Assembly: GCA_947623995.1 (NCBI GenBank)
Contig: CANQIN010000001.1
Coordinates: 1 to 57,072 of the forward strand
Direction of reading: 5' to 3'
DNA length: 57,072 bases
From: an uncultured Bacilli bacterium
GTDB taxonomy: Bacteria; Bacillota_I; Bacilli_A; RF39; UBA660
A program made the position numbers and the translations under genes. The first letter of the stretch is position 1. The number at the start of each line of letters is the position of its first letter. This document shows positions 28,194 through 40,058 of this stretch, piece after piece. Under the pieces are notes generated by a model. It was given only the letters and a program-made list of their open reading frames with translations, did not search any database and was not told the DNA's origin.

Positions 28194-28225
28194 ATTATAA
28201 CCCTTGACCCCCCCCCCTATGTCAA
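28194..28225 (-). promoter_or_regulatory. Promoter of the 572-aa exported protein, with a G10 tract inside the -35/-10 spacer
   Basis: Minus strand reads TTGACA (28225-28220), 20-nt spacer TA-GGGGGGGGGG-TCAAGGGT, TATAAT (28199-28194), 26 nt before the ATG at 28167. Confidence 0.55.
28208..28217. repeat. Homopolymeric C10/G10 tract
   Basis: Ten consecutive C on the plus strand, counted directly. Flanked by the inverted hexamers CTTGAC/GTCAAG. Confidence 0.95.
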
Positions 28226-28263
28226 GTAATTGCTATTATTTTAGACCACATTTCGTATAAAAT

Positions 28264-30849
28264 TTATACTCCTAATCTTATATGTTTCTTCTTTAAAATA
28301 ATCTTTCTTAAAAAATCAATTGGCACAACGGAAATACTTAATAAAATTACTAAAGTTAATTCAAATGGTGTTAAACCAAAAGTTCTAAATACTACCCCAC
28401 CTTTATAAATCAAAAATATTTGAACACTTGCTATAAAAATAATCGTTATAACAAATACAATATTTTTTCTTAAATGGGCAAATAAATTTAGGCGATAAGT
28501 TCTTGAATTAAAAGCATTGCCAAGACCGATAAAAATAAATAAAGCAAAATATGCAGTCATTAAATATTTATCTTCAATATCAAATCTAATTAAAGATTTA
28601 ATCCAAGGTGATTTTAAGAAAAAGATACACAAAGTGGCCGAGTAAATACTATTCCAGATAATTTGAGAATACATGTATTTATTTATAATTGGTTCATTTT
28701 TATCTTTAGGTGCTTCTTCCATTGTTTCATCTAGAGCTGGTTCAAATGAAAAAGCAAGTCCCGCAAAAGTGTCCATTATCATATTTATCCATAACATTTG
28801 AATAATTGTTATTGGGGTATTTACTCCTATAAAAGGACCAACTATTGATAAAAATAACGCACAAAAGTTACAAGTTAATTGATAAATAATAAATTTTCTA
28901 ATACTTTTAAAAATAGTTCTTCCATATAAAATTGCTTTACTAATTGATAAAATATTATCATCTAAAATAACAATATCAGCAGAAGCTTTAGCAACCTCAG
29001 TCCCACTACCCATGGCAAAACCAACATTTGCTTTTTTTAATGCTGGTGCGTCATTCACGCCATCACCAGTCATTCCCACAATTAAATCTTTATTCTCTGC
29101 TATTTTAACTAATCTACTTTTATCTTTAGGTAAGGCTCTTGCAATAACTTTAATATTTGGTAACATTTTCTCTAACTCAAAATCATCATAAGCATTTAAT
29201 TCATCACTTGTTAAAACTAAATCATTTGATGAAGTAACAATACCTACTTCCTTAGCAATAGAACTAGCTGTTTCTTTAGCATCACCTGTTATCATTACAA
29301 CTTGAATACCTGCTTTTTTAATTTGCTCTACGCCTCTTTTAGCTTCAGGTCTTAGCTCATCTTTAATCGTTACAAAACCAATAAAAATTAAATCATCAAT
29401 ATTATTAGTATTACTATATGCAAGACTTATTACTCGACATCCTTTATTAGTTAAATTTCTAATTTGATTTTGAATAGCTTTTTTATTAATAAAAAGTTTT
29501 TCTTCACCATTTTTCATTAACATTTTACTACATTTAGAAATTATCTTCTCACTAGCTCCTTTAATATATAATATCTTTTTATTATCTAATAAAACACTCG
29601 CCGAAGAATATTTTAAATTACTATTAAAAGGTGTTTTATCTAATACTTTACAATTTGTATTTATTTTTCTATTTAAAAAATTTAATAATGAGCGGTCTGT
29701 CGCATTACCCCCAATAACTTTATCATTTGAAAAAATACTACTATTATTATAATAAAGATTATTATTTAAATGATTTGCTAAAGCTTGATATTTTAAAACA
29801 TCCCTACAATTTTTAAAAGAAGTTAATTCTCCACAAGTAAAGTTTATAACTTCTAATTTTCCTTTAGTTAATGTTCCTGTTTTATCAGTAAATAAAATAT
29901 TTAATGAACCTGTTGTTTCAATTCCCACTAATCTTCTAACTAAAACATTATCTTTTAACATTTTTTTCATATTACTTGATAAAACTAAAGTAATCATCAT
30001 AGGTAATCCTTCTGGTACGGCTACAACGATAATTGTTACCGATAAAGTTAAAGAATAAATTAAGTAATCAGCCATTTGATGAACATTTGTAAGTGTATTT
30101 ATAATTTCAGTCATATTAAAATGATTATTTATAACTATAACTGAAAATAAATATGAAAGTGTAACCAACACAGCCCCTATATAACCAATTTTACTTATAG
30201 TTTTAGCTAACCCCCGAAGTCGTAATTTTAAAGGACTTATTGGTTCAGCATCTTGAATTTCTTTAGCTAAAGATCCATAAACGGTTTTATCACCTACTAA
30301 TGTAACTTTCATTTTAGCATTACCTTCATAAACAACTGAACCTCTTAAAACTTTATCATTAAGATTTTTCTTAGCTTCTTTTGATTCCCCATTTAAACGA
30401 GATTCATCAACAGATAAGTTTCCTTCTATTAAAATACCATCAGCTGGAATAGCATCACCTGATGAAAGTAGGACAACATCTCCTACAACAACTTCTTCTA
30501 ATGTAATTTCCACTATTTTATTATTTCTAATTACTTTAACATAAATTTTTTCACTTTCTTCTTGTAATCTTTTAAAAGCTTCTTCACTTCCATATTCACT
30601 AATAGTCGAAATAAAAGAAGATAGAAAGATGGCAATTAAAATTCCTAAAGTTTCAAACCAATCAAAATCTCTAAATAAAAAAACGATTTTAATTGCTAAA
30701 GCGATTAACAATATTTTAATAATTGGATCTCCTAAAGATTCAATTAATAATCTCATAAAACCTTTAGACTTAATTTCGGTTAAAGCATTACTACCATTTT
30801 TCTTACGACTTTCATCTACTTCTTTGTCTGTTAATCCCGTCCATTTCAT
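28264..30849 (-). CDS. Calcium-translocating (PMCA/type IIB-like) P-type ATPase
   Basis: DKTGTLT phosphorylation site, TGDA, GDGVNDAPALKKA, about 10 TM helices. N-terminal LTDKEV...NGSNAL is typical of Ca-ATPases. Confidence 0.85.
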   Translation of the reverse strand: MKWTGLTDKEVDESRKKNGSNALTEIKSKGFMRLLIESLGDPIIKILLIALAIKIVFLFRDFDWFETLGILIAIFLSSFISTISEYGSEEAFKRLQEESEKIYVKVIRNNKIVEITLEEVVVGDVVLLSSGDAIPADGILIEGNLSVDESRLNGESKEAKKNLNDKVLRGSVVYEGNAKMKVTLVGDKTVYGSLAKEIQDAEPISPLKLRLRGLAKTISKIGYIGAVLVTLSYLFSVIVINNHFNMTEIINTLTNVHQMADYLIYSLTLSVTIIVVAVPEGLPMMITLVLSSNMKKMLKDNVLVRRLVGIETTGSLNILFTDKTGTLTKGKLEVINFTCGELTSFKNCRDVLKYQALANHLNNNLYYNNSSIFSNDKVIGGNATDRSLLNFLNRKINTNCKVLDKTPFNSNLKYSSASVLLDNKKILYIKGASEKIISKCSKMLMKNGEEKLFINKKAIQNQIRNLTNKGCRVISLAYSNTNNIDDLIFIGFVTIKDELRPEAKRGVEQIKKAGIQVVMITGDAKETASSIAKEVGIVTSSNDLVLTSDELNAYDDFELEKMLPNIKVIARALPKDKSRLVKIAENKDLIVGMTGDGVNDAPALKKANVGFAMGSGTEVAKASADIVILDDNILSISKAILYGRTIFKSIRKFIIYQLTCNFCALFLSIVGPFIGVNTPITIIQMLWINMIMDTFAGLAFSFEPALDETMEEAPKDKNEPIINKYMYSQIIWNSIYSATLCIFFLKSPWIKSLIRFDIEDKYLMTAYFALFIFIGLGNAFNSRTYRLNLFAHLRKNIVFVITIIFIASVQIFLIYKGGVVFRTFGLTPFELTLVILLSISVVPIDFLRKIILKKKHIRLGV

Positions 30850-30912
30850 TACCAGTAAGTCCTCCTAGAAAATGATATGCCAAAATATTTATTTTATGAA
30901 AAAAAAGATAGA

Positions 30913-32391
30913 TTATTTTCTATCTTTCATTGTTGGAAATAAGATTACATCTCGAATTGAATCACTTTCGGTAAATAACATACACAACCTGTCTATTCCA
31001 TAACCAATACCACCAGCTGGAGGCATTCCATATTCTAAGGCTTCAATGAAATCACGGTCAATATCATTAGCTTCATCATTACCTAAATCTTTTTCTTTTA
31101 ATTGTTGTTCAAATCTTTCTAATTGATCATCTGGGTCATTTAATTCTGTATAAGCATTAGCAAATTCTTTACCACCTATAAATAATTCAAAACGATCAAC
31201 AAATCTTGGATCATCTTGATTTTTTTTTGTTAATGGTGATATTTCAATTGGATGTCCATATAAGAAAGTTGGTTGAATTAAAGTTTCTTCAACATATTTT
31301 TCAAAGAATAAATTAATAATATGGCCTACACTTTCTTGATGTTTTAAAACTGGTATATCATGTTCATTTGCTAATTTTAAAGCTTCTTCAATACTCATTT
31401 CTTTTTTAAAATCTATTCCTGTAACATTTTTAATAGCATCTACCATACTAATTCTTTTCCATTTACCACTTAAATCAATATCATTTTCTCCCCAATGATA
31501 AATCATTTTACCATATACTTTTTCAGCAATATTTTTAAATAAATTTTCCGTTAAATCCATCATACCTTCTAAATCAGAATATGCTAAATAAGCTTCCATT
31601 AAAGTAAATTCGGGATTATGTTTAGGATCCATTCCTTCATTTCTAAAAACTCTTCCGATTTCATAAACAGCTTCCATCCCACCAACTAATAGTTTTTTTA
31701 AAGGAACTTCAAGCGCAATTCTAAGATACATATCCATATCTTGTGTATTATGATGTGTTACAAAAGGTCTTGCTGCCGCGCCACTAAGTAAAGTTGTTAA
31801 TACTGGTGTTTCAACTTCTGTAAATCCTTCATTATCCATAAAATCTCTAATTGAACGAATAATTTTAGGTCTTTCAAAAGCAATTTTCTTAGCGTCTTCA
31901 TTCATTATTAAATCAACATAACGTCTACGATAACGTTCTTCAATATCAGTTAGGCCATGAAACTTTTCAGGTAAAGGTCTTAAAGCTTTTACTAAATGAG
32001 TATATTCTAAACACTTTAACGTAACTTCTCCTGTTTGGGTTTTCATAACTTTTCCTTTTACCCCAACAATATCACCAATATCAGCAGTTTTAAATAAAGC
32101 ATAAGCATCTTCTCCAACATCATTAATAGAGATATAAATTTGAATCTTACCTAGCTTATCTTGAATAGAGAAAAATGAAGCTTTCCCCATTTTTCTAATA
32201 AACATAATTCTTCCTGCAACAGTATAAACGTCATTAATACTTTCAAATTCATCATGAGGAATATCTTGATACTTTTCTTTAATTTCTAAACTATAAGCAT
32301 CTTTATCAAAACGATGACCAAAAGGATCAATTCCCTTACTTACTAATTCATCTTTCTTTCCTCTTCTAACTAATTCTTGTTCACTTTTCAT
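30913..32391 (-). CDS. lysS: Lysine--tRNA ligase, class II
   Basis: OB-fold N-terminus, class II motifs (FRNEG, ...GGIGYGIDRL). Start placed at the ATG at 32391; the ORF-track TTG at 32400 is also possible. Confidence 0.93.
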   Translation of the reverse strand: MKSEQELVRRGKKDELVSKGIDPFGHRFDKDAYSLEIKEKYQDIPHDEFESINDVYTVAGRIMFIRKMGKASFFSIQDKLGKIQIYISINDVGEDAYALFKTADIGDIVGVKGKVMKTQTGEVTLKCLEYTHLVKALRPLPEKFHGLTDIEERYRRRYVDLIMNEDAKKIAFERPKIIRSIRDFMDNEGFTEVETPVLTTLLSGAAARPFVTHHNTQDMDMYLRIALEVPLKKLLVGGMEAVYEIGRVFRNEGMDPKHNPEFTLMEAYLAYSDLEGMMDLTENLFKNIAEKVYGKMIYHWGENDIDLSGKWKRISMVDAIKNVTGIDFKKEMSIEEALKLANEHDIPVLKHQESVGHIINLFFEKYVEETLIQPTFLYGHPIEISPLTKKNQDDPRFVDRFELFIGGKEFANAYTELNDPDDQLERFEQQLKEKDLGNDEANDIDRDFIEALEYGMPPAGGIGYGIDRLCMLFTESDSIRDVILFPTMKDRK

Positions 32392-32410
32392 TTTTACCAA
32401 ACCTTTCTAT

Positions 32411-32624
32411 AAAAAAAGAGGTATCATCCACAAAGGACGAACTACCTCTTTAAAGTCCGCGGTACCACCTTAATTCATAATAAATATGCCCTTTAAAGTT
32501 ATAAGGTTACTAACCATAACACTCCAATATCTTTATTCATTATAACTTCTTTAATAAGTTCCACCAAACCTTATCTCTCTATAAAAGAACTTTATAACTA
32601 CTCATATCTTCAACGTGTTTCATT
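32411..32624 (-). promoter_or_regulatory. T-box riboswitch leader of lysS
   Basis: Minus strand carries AGAGAG early in stem I. The T-box sequence AATTAAGGTGGTACCGCG lies at 32475-32458. A terminator follows: AAAGAGGTA...TACCTCTTT + TTTTTT (32451-32411). The candidate Lys specifier AAA/AAG sits in GAATAAAGAT (about 32531-32534), near the 3' base of stem I. Confidence 0.8.
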
Positions 32625-32630
32625 GCCATT

Positions 32631-32659
32631 AATATACGAGTTTTTTTAGATTTTGTCAA
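32631..32659 (-). promoter_or_regulatory. lysS promoter
   Basis: Minus strand reads TTGACA (32659-32654), 17 nt, TATATT (32636-32631). Confidence 0.55.
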
Positions 32660-32684
32660 GAAAAGAATAACTTTACATTATTCT

Positions 32685-34352
32685 TTACAATTCTTCTACT
32701 AATTTTAATTCATTACCAACAAATACTACTAAATATTTTAAAGGATCGCCAAGTCTTTCATCTTTACTATAATTTTCTAATTGAGTTTTTCCTTCTTCTA
32801 TTTTTTCTTCTAATAATTCTTCATTATAATCTTTTTTCTTGATATATTTTAATTCTATTATTATATTTTTTAATATTGTATTTTTTCTATCTAAATATAT
32901 ATCTATATATCCATTATTACATGGATATTCACTATAGACATTAAAGTTTTTATTATTTATTAAATATGCAAATAATAAATATTTTAAACTTTTTTCTTCT
33001 AATTTTATAAAATCTCTATTATCTAATTTTTTTAATACATCATTTACATAATTACATAATCTATCTATTTTCCCTCTTTTTAATTCTTCATTTATTTCAC
33101 TAAATATTAAACTATCATATCCTAAATCTTTTTCATTTAATTTTTTTAAAAAATAATTACCATATAATACTTTCATTACTTCATTTGGCACTTTAAAATA
33201 ATAATCACCATATTCATCTGTTTCAATAGTTAAATAACCAAAATAATATAAAATACTTATTATATCATCACGGTTAAAATCAACTAATAAATCAAACTTT
33301 ATTTTTAAAATCCCTTTTACTTTTTCATTGATTATTATTTCATTTAATAATTCTTTATAGAAACTATTATTTTTTAATTCAATTAAATTATCTATTTTTC
33401 CAGAATTAAAAGCAATATTACTATCCATTAAATTTTTAGGAATACTTTTATATTTTTGATAAAAATCTAATAAATACATTACTAATGTTGCATTAAACAC
33501 TTTTTCTTTAGCTTCTTCATTAAATAAATAACCATCATAATTTTCAATCATAATATTTTTTATTTCTTCACGCTCATTTTCTTCTACTACTTCATTTAAT
33601 AAATTATCTACTTCCTCATGAGTTAATCCTATCATACTATTAAATTCTTCATAATTTGATATATTTGTTGCTATATTAAATCCTGTTGTCATACTATCTA
33701 ATGTTATTGGACATATTCCTGTTGCAAAAAATCTTCCAACTACTCCTAAACCAATATACTCTTTTATTACAGCATAAAATGCTTTAATGAACCCTTCATT
33801 TCCAACAATATTTTTAAAACGCTCTGCATTACCTTCTAAAATAGCATTAGTAAAATTATCATATTCATCTATTATAATATATAATTTGCAGTCTAAATCT
33901 AATGATCTAAATTCACGTAAAAAATTCATTATTATTTGATTTGTATTTACTCCTTTTATTTCAATATTTGTTTTATAATAATCATTAAAATTTTCAATTC
34001 CATCAATAACTTTATTATTAAATTCTTCTTCTAACTGTTTTTCATTTTTATTTGCAGATGTCAATCCTGAAAAATCAAACTTTAAAACATAATAACTATT
34101 TCTTTTTTCAGTTGGATATTGATGAATATATAATCCATTAAATAATTTATCAAATAAATCTTTACTATTTATATCATAATAATAATACATCATACTAGTA
34201 AATAAACTTTTGCCAAATCTTCCTGGTCTTAAATAAAATAATGTTTTACCTGCATTTTCTAATTTTTCTAAGTACATTGTTTTATCTATATATATATAAT
34301 ATTCTAATATTAAATCTTTATAATTTATAATGCCATATGGTATCTTTTTCAT
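32685..34352 (-). CDS. Predicted AAA-ATPase (PF09820-like) with C-terminal PD-(D/E)xK nuclease (PDDEXK_9-like) domain
   Basis: MKKIPYGIINYKDLI...YIDKTMYLEKLEN...YLRPGRFGKSLF is the hallmark N-terminus of this family. C-terminal YIDIYLD...IIELKYIKK is a D-ExK core. Confidence 0.75.
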   Translation of the reverse strand: MKKIPYGIINYKDLILEYYIYIDKTMYLEKLENAGKTLFYLRPGRFGKSLFTSMMYYYYDINSKDLFDKLFNGLYIHQYPTEKRNSYYVLKFDFSGLTSANKNEKQLEEEFNNKVIDGIENFNDYYKTNIEIKGVNTNQIIMNFLREFRSLDLDCKLYIIIDEYDNFTNAILEGNAERFKNIVGNEGFIKAFYAVIKEYIGLGVVGRFFATGICPITLDSMTTGFNIATNISNYEEFNSMIGLTHEEVDNLLNEVVEENEREEIKNIMIENYDGYLFNEEAKEKVFNATLVMYLLDFYQKYKSIPKNLMDSNIAFNSGKIDNLIELKNNSFYKELLNEIIINEKVKGILKIKFDLLVDFNRDDIISILYYFGYLTIETDEYGDYYFKVPNEVMKVLYGNYFLKKLNEKDLGYDSLIFSEINEELKRGKIDRLCNYVNDVLKKLDNRDFIKLEEKSLKYLLFAYLINNKNFNVYSEYPCNNGYIDIYLDRKNTILKNIIIELKYIKKKDYNEELLEEKIEEGKTQLENYSKDERLGDPLKYLVVFVGNELKLVEEL

Positions 34353-34451
34353 TACTTAGACCCTCCTTCTTTAAATTAATTTTATCAAATATTTATTTAA
34401 AAGTCACTAAGTATTCTTCATTATCAAAAAAAGAATAGCATACACTATTCA

Positions 34452-36473
<2,022 letters not shown>

Positions 36474-37382
36474 CTATTTCCATAAATGTTTAGGATAACT
36501 CCCTTCTTCTTTCAATTTTAAAATTTTTTTGTTTACTATCGGTAAATCTTCTTTGTAAGTCATCCCTATCCATTCACTACTAACTGGTTTACAAACTATT
36601 TCTATTTTACCATTTTCTAAATTATTTTCTAAACAATCTGGTAATAATATTTCATTACTCAAAATTATTTTTTTATCTTGTTTAAAATAATTTTCCATAT
36701 CTTTTTTCAATAATTCATAAAAATCATTTTTAAAACCAAACATATTCATACTTACTAAAGTATTTTCTTTTATTTCAAAAGGTTCTCTTCCATCTAAAGG
36801 TGTTGCAATTATTTTATCATTATCTCTCATAATACTACATTCAATAATTTTCTTTAATTTTCCATCTATTATTTCACATACTCCTCTTTTAACTGCCCCA
36901 CAATCACTAGCAGTTTTAGAATATTCATAAGGAATTGCCACATAATTATAATCTTGTTTATCATTCTTCAAAAAATCAGCTACTTCTTTAAAAGCATTAT
37001 ACCCATAAAAATCATCAGCATTTATAACCGCAAAACTTTCTTTAACATAATCTTTACTACAATAAATTGCTTGAGTAGTTCCCCAAGGTTTACTTCTTTT
37101 TTTAATAATATTTAAATCATAATAAGGAATATCTTCTAACTTCTGAAAAGCATATTCTACTTTAATTTTATTATTTAATCTTTTACCAACTGTATTTTTA
37201 AAATCATCTAATAACTCTTCTTTAATTACAAATACCACTTTATTAAAACCAACTTTAATAGCATCATAAACAGAATAATCTAATAAAAAATTACCATCAT
37301 CATCTACAGGTTCTAATTGTTTTAATCCCCCAAAACGACTCCCCATACCCGCAGCCATAACAACTAATGTTAAATCTTGCAT
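36474..37382 (-). CDS. Sugar-phosphate nucleotidyltransferase family protein
   Basis: N-terminal VVMAAGMGSRFGGLKQLEPV (G-x-G-x-R NTP-transferase loop). Confidence 0.7.
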   Translation of the reverse strand: MQDLTLVVMAAGMGSRFGGLKQLEPVDDDGNFLLDYSVYDAIKVGFNKVVFVIKEELLDDFKNTVGKRLNNKIKVEYAFQKLEDIPYYDLNIIKKRSKPWGTTQAIYCSKDYVKESFAVINADDFYGYNAFKEVADFLKNDKQDYNYVAIPYEYSKTASDCGAVKRGVCEIIDGKLKKIIECSIMRDNDKIIATPLDGREPFEIKENTLVSMNMFGFKNDFYELLKKDMENYFKQDKKIILSNEILLPDCLENNLENGKIEIVCKPVSSEWIGMTYKEDLPIVNKKILKLKEEGSYPKHLWK

Positions 37383-37406
37383 TTATCTTTCCTCCTATTT
37401 TTTCAA

Positions 37407-37766
37407 TTATCTATTGTTTTTCTTTTTATTTATAATTCTTATAAATTCTAAACCAATATCTTGACTTAATTTATCTAAACAATTTTGTAAACTAAAACCC
37501 TCTACTTTTTTTAAGTTTTCATTTTCACTTTCATTATAAAAACCATAATTATTTTTTATAATAAAACTTTGATATCTTTTTAAAATTGGATTAAAATTTA
37601 TACATAACATATTATTATCTTTAATAATATTTAAAATATTATTATATTTTCTTAACCAAAAACTAATATCATCTGATTTACAAATAAAATTTCCTTCATT
37701 ATCATATATTAACCCAACTAAAATATCATTTTCATAATATATAACCAATTGATAATTATTTCTCAT
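37407..37766 (-). CDS. Hypothetical protein
   Basis: 119-aa ORF between pcrA and the nucleotidyltransferase gene. No motif recognised. Confidence 0.45.
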   Translation of the reverse strand: MRNNYQLVIYYENDILVGLIYDNEGNFICKSDDISFWLRKYNNILNIIKDNNMLCINFNPILKRYQSFIIKNNYGFYNESENENLKKVEGFSLQNCLDKLSQDIGLEFIRIINKKKNNR

Positions 37767-37801
37767 AATTTAACCCCCTAACAATGTAAAATACTAACAT
37801 A

Positions 37802-39889
37802 TTATGATATTTTTTTCAAACTTTTATGATTTTTCATTAATTTTCTAATTCCAAAATTTTTATTAAAAGCAATCGTTACAATTGATTTTTCTACACCTAC
37901 TACTACTCCTTTACCATAGATAGTATGCATTACATTATCACCAATATTATAATCGGTATCTTCATCATTATACATATCTTCAATAACAAAATTATCATTT
38001 TTATTATTAATTATTTTTTCATCTACTTCTAATAAATTATTATCTATTTCATCAATAAAACGACTAGGTAAATTCATATTTTCATGACCATATAACATTC
38101 TTTTTTTTGCATTTAATAAATATAATCTTTTTTTAGCTCTCGTAATACCAACATAACATAAACGTCTTTCTTCTTCTAAACCGCCTTCTTCAATAAAGGA
38201 ATTTTGATGAGGAAATATGCCATCTTCCATACCTATTAAGAACACTACTTCAAATTCTAGACCTTTTGCACTATGAAGAGTCATTAAAGTTACAACATCA
38301 TCATCTTCTTTATGCTCAGAAATATCCGCTACTAAACTTATTTCTTCTAAAAAATCTTGTAAATTAACTGAACCAGTTTGTTCTTCATAACTAGCAGTTA
38401 TACTTCTAAATTCCATTAAGTTATCAAGTCTTAATTCATCTTCTAAACTCTCACTATTAAGTGATGCTTTAATACCACTTTTATCTAAAATATCATCAAC
38501 TAATTCTGTTAAACTTAAAGAATCACTATCCATAATTAACTCTTCAATTAAATTTTTAAACGCTAATTCCTTACCACTAGTAATAGCATCAAACATACTA
38601 CAATTATTAATTCTAGATAATTCTTCTAATTTATTTATAGAAGTTATTCCAATACCTCTTTTAGGAACATTAATAACTCTTCTTAAAGAAATATCATCAT
38701 GAGGATTTAATATTAAACGCATATAACAAATTAAATCTTTAATCTCTTTACGATTATAAAAATAAAAACTTCCTACAACTTTATAAGGCATATTAGCTTT
38801 TAAAAATTGTTCTTCAGCTACTCTTGCTTGAGCATTAGTCCGATAAAAAACAGCTATATCTTTTTTCTTAAAACCTTCATCTAATAAACGATATATTTCA
38901 TCAATAACTAACTTTATTTCATGACGTTCATCATAAGCTCTCATATACTTAATTTTAAAACCAACACCATTATGAGATATTAAATCTTTATCTTTACGAT
39001 CTTTATTATTTTTAATAACCGAATTAGCAGCATCTAAAATCATCTTAGTACTTCGATAATTATCAGTTAATGGTATAACTCTAGCATTAAAAAAATCTTT
39101 TTCAAAATTTAAAATATTCTTATAATTAGCCCCTCTAAACATATAAATAGATTGATCAGGATCTCCAACTGCAAAAATATTTTGATATTTTTTAGACAAT
39201 AATTTAACTAATTTATACTGTACTTCATTAGTATCTTGATATTCATCTATTAAGATATATTTAAAACGATTTTGATAATGCTCTAATACTTCACTATTAG
39301 ATAAAAATAATTTAACAGGTAAAACAAGTAAATCATCAAAATCAACTGAATTATTCTTTTTAATTCTTAATTGATATTCTTTATATATTTCATAAGCAAT
39401 CTTTTCAACATCAGTATTAAAAAATTTTTCAATATCCATTTCACTTAACATTTCATTTTTAATAAAACTAATTCGGTTACGTATATAAGAAGGAGATATT
39501 TCTTTAATATCATATCCTTTATCTTTAAGAATTTTTTTAATTAAACTTAAAACATCATCACTGTCTAATATGGTAAAATTACGATCCATCCCTAACTTTA
39601 AAGCATTTTCTCTAATAACTCTTAAACCAAAAGAATGAAACGTTCCAACTAAAGCATCATTTCCGGGTACTAATAATTCTAAACGTTCTTTCATTTCTTT
39701 AGCAGCTTTATTAGTAAAAGTTATAGCAAGGATTTGATAATCAGGTATACCATTTAATATTAAATTAGCAATACGAGTTGTTAAAACTTTTGTTTTACCA
39801 GAACCAGCCCCAGCAATAACTAGGCAAGGACCATCTTCATGCATTACAGCTTCTTTTTGTCTTTCATTTAATTCATCATAATTTATCAT
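37802..39889 (-). CDS. pcrA: ATP-dependent DNA helicase PcrA (UvrD/Rep family)
   Basis: LNERQKEAV...GPCLVIAGAGSGKTKVLT, DEYQDTN, TLHSAKGLEF, VGITRAK. The pcrA-ligA neighbourhood is conserved in Bacillota. Confidence 0.93.
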   Translation of the reverse strand: MINYDELNERQKEAVMHEDGPCLVIAGAGSGKTKVLTTRIANLILNGIPDYQILAITFTNKAAKEMKERLELLVPGNDALVGTFHSFGLRVIRENALKLGMDRNFTILDSDDVLSLIKKILKDKGYDIKEISPSYIRNRISFIKNEMLSEMDIEKFFNTDVEKIAYEIYKEYQLRIKKNNSVDFDDLLVLPVKLFLSNSEVLEHYQNRFKYILIDEYQDTNEVQYKLVKLLSKKYQNIFAVGDPDQSIYMFRGANYKNILNFEKDFFNARVIPLTDNYRSTKMILDAANSVIKNNKDRKDKDLISHNGVGFKIKYMRAYDERHEIKLVIDEIYRLLDEGFKKKDIAVFYRTNAQARVAEEQFLKANMPYKVVGSFYFYNRKEIKDLICYMRLILNPHDDISLRRVINVPKRGIGITSINKLEELSRINNCSMFDAITSGKELAFKNLIEELIMDSDSLSLTELVDDILDKSGIKASLNSESLEDELRLDNLMEFRSITASYEEQTGSVNLQDFLEEISLVADISEHKEDDDVVTLMTLHSAKGLEFEVVFLIGMEDGIFPHQNSFIEEGGLEEERRLCYVGITRAKKRLYLLNAKKRMLYGHENMNLPSRFIDEIDNNLLEVDEKIINNKNDNFVIEDMYNDEDTDYNIGDNVMHTIYGKGVVVGVEKSIVTIAFNKNFGIRKLMKNHKSLKKIS

Positions 39890-40058
39890 GTTAACACAAC
39901 CTTCTCTTTTAATTATATCATGAGATTAAAAAAACTTTATGAAAAATATCCAAAAAGTTTACTATTTTATTCTGCAATAAATGGTGTTCTTTTTTTTCCT
40001 TTGTCCATTCTATTGGGTACACAGTTCATCACTTAATTATTGAACAGCCTCTTTTTAA

